Positions 19,388 through 29,799 of a DNA stretch of 64,000 nucleotides are shown one piece after another (position 1 is the first letter of the stretch; the number at the start of each line of letters is the position of its first letter). The translations under genes were made by a program, and so were the position numbers. Below the pieces are notes generated by a model. That model did no database searches. It was not told the DNA's origin and saw only the letters and a program-made list of their open reading frames with translations. The stretch lies in NCBI GenBank assembly GCA_049322915.1, contig JBMOPW010000032.1:32001-96000 (forward strand). Direction: 5' to 3'. The stretch is from Candidatus Zhuqueibacterota bacterium. Its GTDB lineage: Bacteria > Zhuqueibacterota > Zhuqueibacteria > Thermofontimicrobiales > Thermofontimicrobiaceae.

Positions 19388-22300
19388 ATGAAAAAGTTTG
19401 CAAAAGTGACAATGGATGGAAATACTGCTGCGACCCATGTTGCCTACGCGTTCAGTGAAGTTGCAGCGATTTATCCTATTACTCCTTCGTCTGTTATGGG
19501 TGAATTGGCCGACGCCTGGGCGGCTAACAAGCGTAAAAATATTTTTGGCCAGGTTGTGGATGTGATCGAAATGCAGTCAGAAGCCGGGGCGGCTGGTGCA
19601 GTCCACGGGTCGCTTTCTGCCGGCGCGCTGACCACAACATTCACGGCGTCTCAGGGCTTGATGCTCATGCTACCCAATATGCATAAAATCGCCGGCGAAA
19701 TGCTGCCCACTGTTTTTCACGTCTCGGCTCGCTCCCTTGCCTGCCAATCGTTATCGATTTTCGGCGATCATTCGGATGTGATGTCGGCTCGAAATACAGG
19801 GTACGCGCTGGTTGCCGCCAGTTCCGTGCAGGAAGTGATGGACCTGGCGGTCGTTTCACATTTAGCTACGTTAAAAACAAAAGTGCCTTTTCTCAATTTC
19901 TTCGATGGGTTCAGAACGTCGAGTGAAGTTCAGAAAATTGAGGAAATAGATTATGACACATTAGCTGAAATGCTGGACATGCAGTATGTTTTGGATTTCA
20001 GAGGCCGCGCATTGAATCCGGAAAATCCCAGGGTGAAAGTGGGCGCCCAAAATCCGGATGTCTATTTTCAAGGAAGAGAAACCGTGAATTCCTATTATAC
20101 CGCAACGCCGGGAATTGTCCAGGAATATATGGATTTGCTGGCGACAAAAATCGATCGGAAATATCATCTGTTCGATTATGTCGGTCATCCGGAGGCCGAC
20201 AGAATTATTATTGCCATGGGAAGCGGCTGCGATACGATTGAAGAGACAATAAATTACCTCAATAAAAACGGGCAGAAATTGGGGTTGATAAAAATTCGTT
20301 TGTTCCGTCCGTTCTCGATTGAACATTTCATCCAGGCCATTCCGGCTTCTGTGAAGAAAATCGCGGTGTTGGACCGAACAAAAGAGCCTGGTTCAATCGG
20401 AGAGCCGCTCTACATGGATGTGGTCACTGCACTGAAAGATAAAAAGAACATCTCCATCATCGGCGGTCGGTATGGGCTTTCTTCCAAAGAATTTACGCCA
20501 TCCATGGTGAAAGCAGTCTATGATCACCTGAACGGTAAAAATACTCATGGCTTCACCGTGGGAATTACAGATGATGTCACCCACACATCTCTGGAAATTA
20601 AGGAAAAGATCAACACCATTCCTGATGGAACCATTAGCTGTAAATTTTGGGGATTGGGTTCTGATGGTACGGTCGGTGCGAATAAAAACTCGATCAAAAT
20701 CATCGGCGATAACACCGAAATGTATGCGCAGGGTTATTTCCAATACGACTCCAAAAAATCGGGCGGCATCACGCGGAGCCATTTACGATTCGGGAAATCA
20801 CCAATTCAGTCACCGTACCTGGTTGAACACGCCGATTTTATCGCTTGCCACAATCCGGCGTTTGTCGGACGGTATGATTTATTAGAGGGGATTAAAGATA
20901 ATGGCATCTTCCTTCTGAACTCGTCCTGGTTGAAAGAGGAAGTCTTTGAAAATCTGACCAAAGACATGCAAGCAACCATTATCGAAAAGAAAATACGAGT
21001 GTATAATATCAATGCGCTGGAGATTGCCGAAAGCGTTGGGCTGGGCAATAGAATAAACTCGGTGATGCAGACAGCGTTCTTTTTAATTTCCGGCGTGCTG
21101 GAGCGAAAGCAGGCGATCCAAATGATCAAGGAAGCAATTAAAAAGACGTATGGAAAGCGCGGCGAAGAAATAGTAAAAATGAACTGGGACGCTGTTGATA
21201 AAACCGATGAAGCATTGGTGGAAGTGAATATCCCGGCCAAATTACCCGAGAAAAGTATGGTCGCCAAGAAGCTGGTTCCGGAAGATTCCGATGTCTTCAC
21301 GAAAAATGTCATCGAAAAAATCATGCGGGAAAAAGGAGACGAAATACCGGTCTCGCACATGCCGCTTGATGGGTATGTTCCAACAGGCACGGCTGCGCTG
21401 GAGAAGCGAGGTGTATCTCCAATTATTCCGCACTGGATATCTGAAAATTGTATTCAATGCAATCAATGTTCGTTTGTCTGTCCTCATGCAGCAATCCGCT
21501 CCAAGTTGATTGACAGAGACTTGCTGAAATCAGCCCCGAAATCCTTCACCACATTAAAGGCGCTGGGTAGAGATGGCGATAAATATAACTATAAAATTCA
21601 GGTCTACCCGGATGATTGTCAGGGATGCCAGGTATGCGTGAACGAATGTCCAAAGGGCGCTTTGGTAATGAAAAATGCCGAAGATGAAAAAGCTGCCGGT
21701 GAGGCGGATAACCAGAGATTCTTCGAATCCCTGCCCTACGATGTTCTCAGCGATATGGTGAAAGAAGCTTCGGTGAAGGGGAGCCAGTTCAAACAACCGC
21801 TGCTTGAGTTTTCAGGCGCATGCGCTGGTTGCGGTGAAACGCCTTATGTAAAGCTGATCACGCAGCTTTACGGTGATCGAATGATTATCGCCAATGCTAC
21901 TGGCTGTTCATCGATCTGGGGCGCGACTTTCCCGACGATTCCCTATACCAAAAATAAGGATGGACACGGACCGGCCTGGGCCAATTCATTGTTCGAAGAC
22001 AATGCCGAATACGGTTTCGGAATGCGTTTGGCCGTTGATTCAAATAGAAAACAGCTATTGATCAATGTGGATAAGGCGTTGGAATTGGGCGTGACTGGCG
22101 ATTTGAAAAGCGCTCTTGAAAAAGCGAAAACACTCTGGAAAGAAACGACTGGCGAAGCCAAAGCCAATTCTAAAAAGGTGAAAGAGCTGTTGCCTGGAGC
22201 AATTAAAAACGCGAATGCTGAGTTATTGAAGGCATTGAAAAACATCGAATCCCTGAGCAGCTATTTTATTGATAAAAGCGTCTGGTCTTTTGGCGGCGAT

Positions 22301-22915
22301 GGCTGGGCTTACGATATTGGCTACGGTGGTCTGGATCATGTGTTGGCGACTGGCCGCAATGTCAATATACTGGTGTTGGACACAGAGGTTTACTCCAATA
22401 CCGGCGGCCAGGCTTCGAAAGCAACGCCGTTGGGTTCTGTGGCGAAATTTGCTGAATCTGGTAAAAAGACCGGGAAAAAGGACCTTGGCTTGATGATGAT
22501 GAGCTATGGCTATATTTATGTTGCCTCCGTTTCTATGGGCGCTAATAAAAATCAGTTTGTGAAAGCGGTTGTCGAAGCGGAACAATACGAAGGCCCGTCG
22601 ATTATCATTGCGTACGCACCGTGTATCAATCATGGAATAAATATGGCGCACGCCGGGCTGGAGGAAAAGAAAGCGGTCGACAGCGGCTACTGGATGCTGT
22701 ACCGATATAATCCGCAGTTGAAAAAAGAAGGCAAGAATCCATTTACACTGGATTCCAAAGAACCTTCTGTCGCTGTCAAAGAATTCCTGAAGGGTGAAAA
22801 ACGATATACATCGTTGTATCAAACATTCCCTGAGATGGTCGATGGCTACTGGGAAGAGTTCGCTGCGATGGTGAAAAGTCGTTATGAATTCTATAAAAAA
22901 ATGGCTGAAAAGTAA
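19388..22915 (+). CDS. nifJ: Pyruvate:ferredoxin (flavodoxin) oxidoreductase, single-chain
   Basis: IYPITPSS, MQSEAGAAG, GLGSDGTVGANKN, two 4Fe-4S motifs (CIQCNQC..CP, CQGCQVC..CP), FSGACAGCGETPY, GGDGWAYDIG. Confidence 0.97.
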   Translation: MKKFAKVTMDGNTAATHVAYAFSEVAAIYPITPSSVMGELADAWAANKRKNIFGQVVDVIEMQSEAGAAGAVHGSLSAGALTTTFTASQGLMLMLPNMHKIAGEMLPTVFHVSARSLACQSLSIFGDHSDVMSARNTGYALVAASSVQEVMDLAVVSHLATLKTKVPFLNFFDGFRTSSEVQKIEEIDYDTLAEMLDMQYVLDFRGRALNPENPRVKVGAQNPDVYFQGRETVNSYYTATPGIVQEYMDLLATKIDRKYHLFDYVGHPEADRIIIAMGSGCDTIEETINYLNKNGQKLGLIKIRLFRPFSIEHFIQAIPASVKKIAVLDRTKEPGSIGEPLYMDVVTALKDKKNISIIGGRYGLSSKEFTPSMVKAVYDHLNGKNTHGFTVGITDDVTHTSLEIKEKINTIPDGTISCKFWGLGSDGTVGANKNSIKIIGDNTEMYAQGYFQYDSKKSGGITRSHLRFGKSPIQSPYLVEHADFIACHNPAFVGRYDLLEGIKDNGIFLLNSSWLKEEVFENLTKDMQATIIEKKIRVYNINALEIAESVGLGNRINSVMQTAFFLISGVLERKQAIQMIKEAIKKTYGKRGEEIVKMNWDAVDKTDEALVEVNIPAKLPEKSMVAKKLVPEDSDVFTKNVIEKIMREKGDEIPVSHMPLDGYVPTGTAALEKRGVSPIIPHWISENCIQCNQCSFVCPHAAIRSKLIDRDLLKSAPKSFTTLKALGRDGDKYNYKIQVYPDDCQGCQVCVNECPKGALVMKNAEDEKAAGEADNQRFFESLPYDVLSDMVKEASVKGSQFKQPLLEFSGACAGCGETPYVKLITQLYGDRMIIANATGCSSIWGATFPTIPYTKNKDGHGPAWANSLFEDNAEYGFGMRLAVDSNRKQLLINVDKALELGVTGDLKSALEKAKTLWKETTGEAKANSKKVKELLPGAIKNANAELLKALKNIESLSSYFIDKSVWSFGGDGWAYDIGYGGLDHVLATGRNVNILVLDTEVYSNTGGQASKATPLGSVAKFAESGKKTGKKDLGLMMMSYGYIYVASVSMGANKNQFVKAVVEAEQYEGPSIIIAYAPCINHGINMAHAGLEEKKAVDSGYWMLYRYNPQLKKEGKNPFTLDSKEPSVAVKEFLKGEKRYTSLYQTFPEMVDGYWEEFAAMVKSRYEFYKKMAEK

Positions 22916-22944
22916 ATCATGTTCGAAAAAGTAATTTGCAGTGA

Positions 22945-22975
22945 AAAAAAGGCAGAATATCTTTCTGCCTTTTTT
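22945..22975 (+). terminator. Rho-independent terminator after nifJ
   Basis: AAAAAAGGCAGAA-loop-TTCTGCCTTTTTT. Confidence 0.85.
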
Positions 22976-22976
22976 C

Positions 22977-23005
22977 TTGCTTAATTTGAAATTTTATTGT
23001 ATAAT
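22977..23005 (+). promoter_or_regulatory. sigma70-type promoter of obgE
   Basis: TTGCTT-17 nt-TATAAT. Confidence 0.65.
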
Positions 23006-23051
23006 ACCAGCCACTGTAATTTACGAACTGCGTCATGAATTGCTGAGGTGA

Positions 23052-24050
<999 letters not shown>

Positions 24051-24092
24051 CTCAGTCACTGTTGATATAAAAAAAATCGGAATGATTGAAGC

Positions 24093-25193
24093 ATGTTTAT
24101 TGATCTGGAATATTTGCTCAATTTATCTGCGGTGCCGGGAGTGGGCCCGACGCGAATTCGCGCGTTGGTGGCTCATTTTAAAAACGTGGAAGATATTTTT
24201 AAATCGTCCTCCAAAGTTTTGTGCGAAGTGGACGGCATTGATATCAAAACCGCGCATCATATTCGCGAGTATTCCGATTTTCAGTTCGGCGAGCAGCAGG
24301 TAAAAAAAGCAAGCCAGATCGACGTCGAAATCATCACCTTCTGGGACAGTCGCTTTCCAGAAAATTTGAAAAAGATTTATGACCCGCCTGCCTTTATTTT
24401 CGTAAAAGGCGAATTGACCGCCAACGACCGATTTGCCATCGGCATGGTAGGGACTCGGCTTCCCAGTTCATACGGGAAAATTATTGCGGAAAAATTTTCA
24501 AAGGAACTTGCGCAGAAAGGTCTGACCATTGTGAGCGGATTGGCCCGGGGAATTGATACGACCTGCCACTGGGCTGCGCTTCAATCAGGAGGAAGGACGT
24601 TTGCAGTGCTCGGTTCAGGTATTGATATGCTTTACCCTGCAGAAAATTCCAGATTGGCTGAAAAGATACCGTCGCAGGGTGCGTTGATTTCCGAGTTCTG
24701 TCTGGGCACAGGGCCGGATGCAGTGAATTTTCCAAGAAGGAATCGAATCATCGCCGGGCTGTCATTGGGGACTGTGGTGATTGAAGCCGGCATCCGAAGC
24801 GGCGCGTTGCTCACGGCAAATTACGCGCTGGAACAGAATCGTGAAATTTTTGCGGTGCCGGGTAATATCAATAGTCCCAAAAGTTACGGCGCGAATCAGC
24901 TCATCAAAGAGGGAGCAAAACTGGTCACGTCGATTGAGGATATCCTTGACGAGCTTGCGCCTCAACTGAAGCATTTGCTCAATAGAGGGGATGAGGATAG
25001 CCGGGAAAAATTAATCGATCTGTCTGAACCTGAAAGAACATTGTTAGGGTTATTGTCTCATGAGCCGATTCATATCGATAAATTATCGCAGCTCATGGGA
25101 AAGTCCACAGCAGAGACGTTATCGCTTTTGCTCCCCCTCGAATTCAAGGATTTGGTCAAGCAACTCCCAGGCAAAATGTTCGTCAAAGCGTGA
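24093..25193 (+). CDS. dprA: DNA-processing protein DprA
   Basis: VGTR, IVSGLARGID, FPRRNRIIAGL, SGALLTA, FAVPG; C-terminal winged helix. Confidence 0.95.
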   Translation: MFIDLEYLLNLSAVPGVGPTRIRALVAHFKNVEDIFKSSSKVLCEVDGIDIKTAHHIREYSDFQFGEQQVKKASQIDVEIITFWDSRFPENLKKIYDPPAFIFVKGELTANDRFAIGMVGTRLPSSYGKIIAEKFSKELAQKGLTIVSGLARGIDTTCHWAALQSGGRTFAVLGSGIDMLYPAENSRLAEKIPSQGALISEFCLGTGPDAVNFPRRNRIIAGLSLGTVVIEAGIRSGALLTANYALEQNREIFAVPGNINSPKSYGANQLIKEGAKLVTSIEDILDELAPQLKHLLNRGDEDSREKLIDLSEPERTLLGLLSHEPIHIDKLSQLMGKSTAETLSLLLPLEFKDLVKQLPGKMFVKA

Positions 25194-25205
25194 AAGCATG
25201 AAAAA

Positions 25206-26387
25206 TTGAAAAGCCCTTCGAATAATTCTGTCCAGAGGAATCCGAAAAAATCATCGCCGTCTCCGCATCCAGGCGTTGTTTCGTTGGTTGCATGCGACAC
25301 CTACGATGAGAAGACTATCGATGCCGCGGTGCAGGCTTCCCTGAAATATATTACCGTGCTGGAGCAATTGGTCGCGCCGGGGACTCGTGTCCATATTAAA
25401 CCGAATCTGCTCACAGCGAAAACGCCGGATAAAGCAGCGACAACGCATCCGACAATTGTCCGATCGATAGTGAATATCCTTCATTCATTGGGTGCAACGG
25501 TGACAATCGGAGATAGCCCGGCAGGCAAGTCGCGCCCAATTCAGGAATACTGGGAAAAGACAGGGATGGCTGAGATTGCAGAGCAGACCGGGGCAACGCT
25601 GATTCAGTTCGAAAAAAATGGGGTTCAGCAATTCGATGTAAATCGGCGTATGTATTTCATTGCAAAAGCGGTGGCAGATGCAGATGTGGTCGTCAATGTA
25701 AGCAAAATGAAAACGCACAATCTGACGCTCTTCACAGGTGCGATAAAAAATATGTTCGGTTCGATTCCGGGATTTCGAAAGAGCGAGTATCACAAACAGG
25801 CGCACAAAGCGCGGGATTTCTCCCGCATTATTGTTGATATCTTTAGTGCGATACGACCCCAAATAAATATTATGGACGCTGTCGATATTATGGAGGGAGC
25901 AGGTCCATCTGCGGGGACAGTCAATCACCTCGGTCTTATTTTAGCGAGCACGGATGCAGTTGCGCTGGACGCGGTCGCTGCCCATCTGATGGGATTTGAG
26001 GATGGCGAAATTTTTACAACACAATACGCCTATGAAGCAGGCCTGGGAGAGAAGAATCTCGAAAAGATAACCATCCAGGGCGAATCGTTGCAGAAATATT
26101 CTGGCCGGGTATTTGCTCTCCCTACCAATCGGTACACGAATTACGTGCCTTCGGTAGTAGTGAAGGTATTGGGAAAGTTGATCTGGGTGCGTCCCCGGCC
26201 GGATGAAAATAAATGTCAGCGTTGCGGCGCTTGTATTGCCATTTGTCCGACGCGAGCCATGTCATCTGACAGTGGGTTTCCAATCATCGATTACAAAAAA
26301 TGCATCAGTTGCTTTTGCTGTGATGAAGCCTGTCCCCACAATGCAATTGAACAGAGAGCGAGCTGGCTGGTTAGAAAAATCCAGTAG
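25206..26387 (+). CDS. DUF362 domain protein with 2x[4Fe-4S] ferredoxin domain
   Basis: IKPNLL, TTHP, KMKTH, GAIKNMFG, D.VALD; CQRCGACIAICP and CISCFCCDEACP. Confidence 0.88.
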   Translation: MKSPSNNSVQRNPKKSSPSPHPGVVSLVACDTYDEKTIDAAVQASLKYITVLEQLVAPGTRVHIKPNLLTAKTPDKAATTHPTIVRSIVNILHSLGATVTIGDSPAGKSRPIQEYWEKTGMAEIAEQTGATLIQFEKNGVQQFDVNRRMYFIAKAVADADVVVNVSKMKTHNLTLFTGAIKNMFGSIPGFRKSEYHKQAHKARDFSRIIVDIFSAIRPQINIMDAVDIMEGAGPSAGTVNHLGLILASTDAVALDAVAAHLMGFEDGEIFTTQYAYEAGLGEKNLEKITIQGESLQKYSGRVFALPTNRYTNYVPSVVVKVLGKLIWVRPRPDENKCQRCGACIAICPTRAMSSDSGFPIIDYKKCISCFCCDEACPHNAIEQRASWLVRKIQ

Positions 26388-26413
26388 ATAGAAAAAATTA
26401 GGCAAAAAAAATA

Positions 26414-26442
26414 TTGACTAAGATAGTAAAAATTTGTATATT
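26414..26442 (+). promoter_or_regulatory. sigma70-type promoter of tRNA/gltX cluster
   Basis: TTGACT-17 nt-TATATT, 9 nt before tRNA-Ser. Confidence 0.75.
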
Positions 26443-26451
26443 TGCATTCCC

Positions 26452-26535
26452 GGAGGACTAGACCTAATTGGCAAGGCAGCGGTCTTGAAAACCGCCGCGC
26501 GCAAGCGCATGGGGGTTCGAGTCCCTCGTCCTCCG
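26452..26535 (+). tRNA. tRNA-Ser(TGA)
   Basis: Acceptor GGAGGAC/GTCCTCC; anticodon arm GCGGT-CT TGA AA-ACCGC; long variable arm; GTTCGAGTCC. Confidence 0.93.
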
Positions 26536-26544
26536 CATGCAAAA

Positions 26545-26637
<93 letters not shown>

Positions 26638-26681
26638 GTGTCATACTGGCAATAACAGACTGCCATGAGAATTGTGAAAGT

Positions 26682-28115
26682 ATGTTAATTGAAAAGAATG
26701 ACGAAGTTCGGGTTCGATTTGCTCCAAGTCCGACCGGGTATCTTCACATTGGCGGCGCCAGGACTGCAATTTTTAACTGGCTGTATGCAAGACAGCGTCA
26801 CGGAAAATTCCTGCTTCGAATAGAAGATACTGATGCTGTTCGATCGAATAAAATAATGGTCACGGCCATTTTTGACGGATTGAAGTGGTTGGGAATTGAT
26901 TGGGACGAAGAACCTGTTTTTCAATCGCATCGATTCGAAAATTATCAGAAAATTTGCCGTGATCTGGTGGCGAGTGGGAAGGCTTACCACTGTTATTGTA
27001 CGCGGGAGGAGTTAGCAGCCCGACATCGGGATGCGTTTAAGTACGATGGTTTCTGCAGAAATCTCACAGCGGAAGAAATCGAGAAACATGAGCGCGAAAA
27101 CAGACCATATGTTGTTCGCTTCAAGGTTCAGGCAGGAAAAACATTTTTCAACGATATAGTACGCGGTTCTTTGACATTTGATAACGATGAAATTGATGAT
27201 TTTATCATTCTTCGATCCGATCTCAAACCGACTTATCATTTGGCCGTTGTTGCCGATGATTTTGATATGCGCATCAGCCATGTCATCCGTGGGGATGATC
27301 ATTTGACGAATACGCCAAAGCAGGTGCTATTATATCAGGCGCTTGGCTGGCCATTGCCAAAATTCGCACATGTCCCTTTGATTCTGGGGGCCGATAGAAA
27401 ACGGCTGAGCAAACGGCACGGTGCAACCGCAATTTCCGAGTACAGAACCGCGGGATACCTGTCCGAAGTGATGGTCAATTTTTTAGCGTTGCTGGGGTGG
27501 TCTCCCAAAGCAAATCAGGAAATTCTGCCGCGACAGAAATTGATCGAAAAATTTTCACTCAAAGCGATTTCCAGGAATAGCGCGATCTTTGACGAAGCGA
27601 AATTGAACTGGATGAATGGTCAGTATATCGGTCAAATGACTGATGAGGCGATTTTCCAGGCGCTGACGCCGGTGATAGAGAAAGTTGATTTTCTTGGATT
27701 AAAAAGAGATGATAAAAATTATATTCTGAAAATCATCTCGCTGTTAAAATCTCGGGTAAAGAATCTCAATGAATTTTTTACACTGGGTTACTATTTTTTT
27801 AAAGACCCGGAGATGTACGAGGACGCCGCTGTCCAAAAATATTGGAACGGCGCAGCGAGTGCGGCGAATTTAGTATCTGCAAAATCGGCCTTGTCAATGC
27901 TGGATAGCTTTGACGAGAAGCAAATCGAGAACGCGATCCGATCTCTTGCAGAGAACCAGCAAAAACAATCCGGTGAGTTCATCCATCCAATTCGTCTGGC
28001 GATAACGGGATTCGGAGTGAGTCCAGGATTATTTGAACTCATGGCATGTTTGGGCAAAGACGTTGTATTGCGAAGAATTCAGCGCGCGATAGCATGGCTG
28101 AATAATAAATCATGA
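26682..28115 (+). CDS. gltX: Glutamate--tRNA ligase
   Basis: VRVRFAPSPTGYLHIGG (HIGH), LRIEDTD, RLSKRHG (KMSKS). ATG 26682; the longer track ORF runs through two tRNA genes. Confidence 0.96.
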   Translation: MLIEKNDEVRVRFAPSPTGYLHIGGARTAIFNWLYARQRHGKFLLRIEDTDAVRSNKIMVTAIFDGLKWLGIDWDEEPVFQSHRFENYQKICRDLVASGKAYHCYCTREELAARHRDAFKYDGFCRNLTAEEIEKHERENRPYVVRFKVQAGKTFFNDIVRGSLTFDNDEIDDFIILRSDLKPTYHLAVVADDFDMRISHVIRGDDHLTNTPKQVLLYQALGWPLPKFAHVPLILGADRKRLSKRHGATAISEYRTAGYLSEVMVNFLALLGWSPKANQEILPRQKLIEKFSLKAISRNSAIFDEAKLNWMNGQYIGQMTDEAIFQALTPVIEKVDFLGLKRDDKNYILKIISLLKSRVKNLNEFFTLGYYFFKDPEMYEDAAVQKYWNGAASAANLVSAKSALSMLDSFDEKQIENAIRSLAENQQKQSGEFIHPIRLAITGFGVSPGLFELMACLGKDVVLRRIQRAIAWLNNKS

Positions 28116-28119
28116 TGAT

Positions 28120-28190
28120 TGGGGAGTCGTCCAGCGGCAGGACACGCGGCTCTGGACCGTGTAACCGGGGTTCGAATCCCTGCTCCCCAG
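28120..28190 (+). tRNA. tRNA-Gln(CTG)
   Basis: TGGGGAG/CTCCCCA; CGCGG-CT CTG GA-CCGTG; GTTCGAATCC. Confidence 0.95.
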
Positions 28191-28275
28191 CTATCTGGTG
28201 AAAAGTGAACGTACGAGCGATCGAGGGCATTCAACGAGATGCAATCTGCTCACTGAAACTCACGAATCACCAACT

Positions 28276-28349
28276 GCGCCCGTAGCTCAATTGGATAGAG
28301 CATCTGACTTCGGATCAGACGGTTGGGGGTTCAAGTCCCTCCGGGCGTA
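28276..28349 (+). tRNA. tRNA-Arg(TCG)
   Basis: GCGCCCG/CGGGCGT; TCTGA-CT TCG GA-TCAGA. Confidence 0.95.
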
Positions 28350-28368
28350 CTGCATCACCAAAGATAAT

Positions 28369-28441
28369 GGCGCGTTCGTCTAGTGGTCCAGGACGCTGGC
28401 CTCTCACGTCGGTAACACGGGTTCGACTCCCGTACGCGCTA
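28369..28441 (+). tRNA. tRNA-Glu(CTC)
   Basis: GGCGCGT/ACGCGCT; CTGGC-CT CTC AC-GTCGG; GTTCGACTCC. Confidence 0.93.
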
Positions 28442-28489
28442 CTACCTCGAGATCACAGAATACAACTTTCAAGGCCCAAACAGCACGAT

Positions 28490-28566
28490 GCGCCCGTAGC
28501 TCAATTGGATAGAGCGTTTGGCTACGGACCAAAAGGTTGGGGGTTCAATTCCCTCCGGGCGTACCA
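28490..28566 (+). tRNA. tRNA-Arg(ACG)
   Basis: GCGCCCG/CGGGCGT; TTTGG-CT ACG GA-CCAAA; encoded CCA. Confidence 0.95.
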
Positions 28567-28594
28567 ACAAACTGCAAAACAATCGCTGAAGATT

Positions 28595-29071
28595 ATGGTT
28601 GATGTTGAAAAATGGATGGAGCAGGCGCTTCTCGAGGCAGAAAAAGCATACCGAAAAAATGAAGTGCCTGTCGGTGCGGTGGTTGTTTACGAAAATAAAG
28701 TGATTGGGAGAGGGCATAATTTAATCGAGACGCTTCAGGACCCGACTGCCCATGCAGAAATTTTAGCGATCACTGCAGCGGCGAATTTTTTAGCTTCCTG
28801 GCGGTTAGATTCCGCCTCTCTTTATGTCACTCTCGAACCCTGTCCAATGTGCGCTGGCGCCATTGTGATTTCACGAATATCAGAAGTTGTTTTTGGCGCG
28901 TTTGATCCCAGGCTGGGGGCGTGTGGTTCCAGAATCAACATAGTGCAGGAAGCGAAATTGAATACCGGGGTTCACATTGTGCCCGGCATATTGCAGTTAA
29001 AATGTGAATCGATTTTAAAAGATTTCTTTAAAAGTCTGAGAACACGAAACGAAACGAATATAGCGATTTAA
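28595..29071 (+). CDS. tadA: tRNA adenosine(34) deaminase
   Basis: EVPVGAV, DPTAHAE, TLEPCPMCAGA. ATG 28595; the longer track ORF overlaps tRNAs. Confidence 0.95.
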   Translation: MVDVEKWMEQALLEAEKAYRKNEVPVGAVVVYENKVIGRGHNLIETLQDPTAHAEILAITAAANFLASWRLDSASLYVTLEPCPMCAGAIVISRISEVVFGAFDPRLGACGSRINIVQEAKLNTGVHIVPGILQLKCESILKDFFKSLRTRNETNIAI

Positions 29072-29075
29072 ACCA

Positions 29076-29162
<87 letters not shown>

Positions 29163-29211
29163 AGTGTTTTTTTTATTAACAATTGTCAATAGAAAATTGT
29201 TAATTAATAGA

Positions 29212-29302
29212 GGAGAGATGCCGGAGCTGGTCGAACGGGCACGATTGGAAATCGTGTGAGGGGTTTATAGCCCCTCCGAGGGTTCGAATCCCTCTCTCTC
29301 CG
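29212..29302 (+). tRNA. tRNA-Ser(GGA)
   Basis: GGAGAGA/TCTCTCC; CACGA-TT GGA AA-TCGTG; long variable arm. Confidence 0.95.
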
Positions 29303-29324
29303 CTTTTCATTTACAGACAAATAT

Positions 29325-29397
29325 GGGGCAGTAGCTCAGTTGGGAGAGCGCCAGAATCGCACTCTGGAGGCCGTGGGTTCGACCCCCATCTGCTCCA
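29325..29397 (+). tRNA. tRNA-Ala(CGC)
   Basis: GGGGCAG/CTGCTCC with G3.U70; CCAGA-AT CGC AC-TCTGG. Confidence 0.95.
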
Positions 29398-29400
29398 CTT

Positions 29401-29671
29401 GGCTGTGCTAGACGGGGAGCTAGCGGTGCCCTGTAACCTGCAATCCGCTATAGCAGGGTTGAAGTCCTCTTTGCGGTTTACTCGCTGGATAATATGGGTT
29501 AGTAAGCGGTGTTGATAGTTAAGTCCTGCGCAATGCAGTACTGCCGAACCCCGTCAGGACCGGAAGGTAGCAGCGGCAAGCAGGATCTTCATGTGCCGTA
29601 GGGTTGCTTGGCTGGAGCTGGCTGCTAAAACATACTACCCGGAAAGAGGAATCAAGGGGAGGTGCACAGCC
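29401..29671 (+). ncRNA. ffs: Signal recognition particle RNA, large (Alu-containing) bacterial type
   Basis: Helix-8 motif CCGTCAGGACCGGAAGGTAGCAGCGG; 5' Alu-like GTGCTAGACGGGGAGCTAGCGGTGCCCTGTAACCTGCAATCCGCTATAGCAGG; ends pair (GGCTGTGC/GCACAGCC); canonical position before dnaX. Confidence 0.93.
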
Positions 29672-29799
29672 TTATTTTTTGGGGATGATGAATTGGGGAC
29701 AATTCGATTAAATTGTCCCTTCATTTTATAAAGCAGTCACTGGTCACACCGTTTCAGTTTGTTCGTGTTGGCATTACTTGTCCATAGCAGAAGGCTCTC

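Noticed and set aside
26682..28441. Non-discriminating GluRS inferred from the adjacent tRNA-Gln
   Set aside because: Adjacency alone is not evidence; the anticodon-domain Arg (LKSRV) appears retained; needs genome-wide glnS/gatCAB data.
28367..28594. N-terminal extension of tadA in the ORF track
   Set aside because: Overlaps tRNA-Glu and tRNA-Arg; the real start is 28595.
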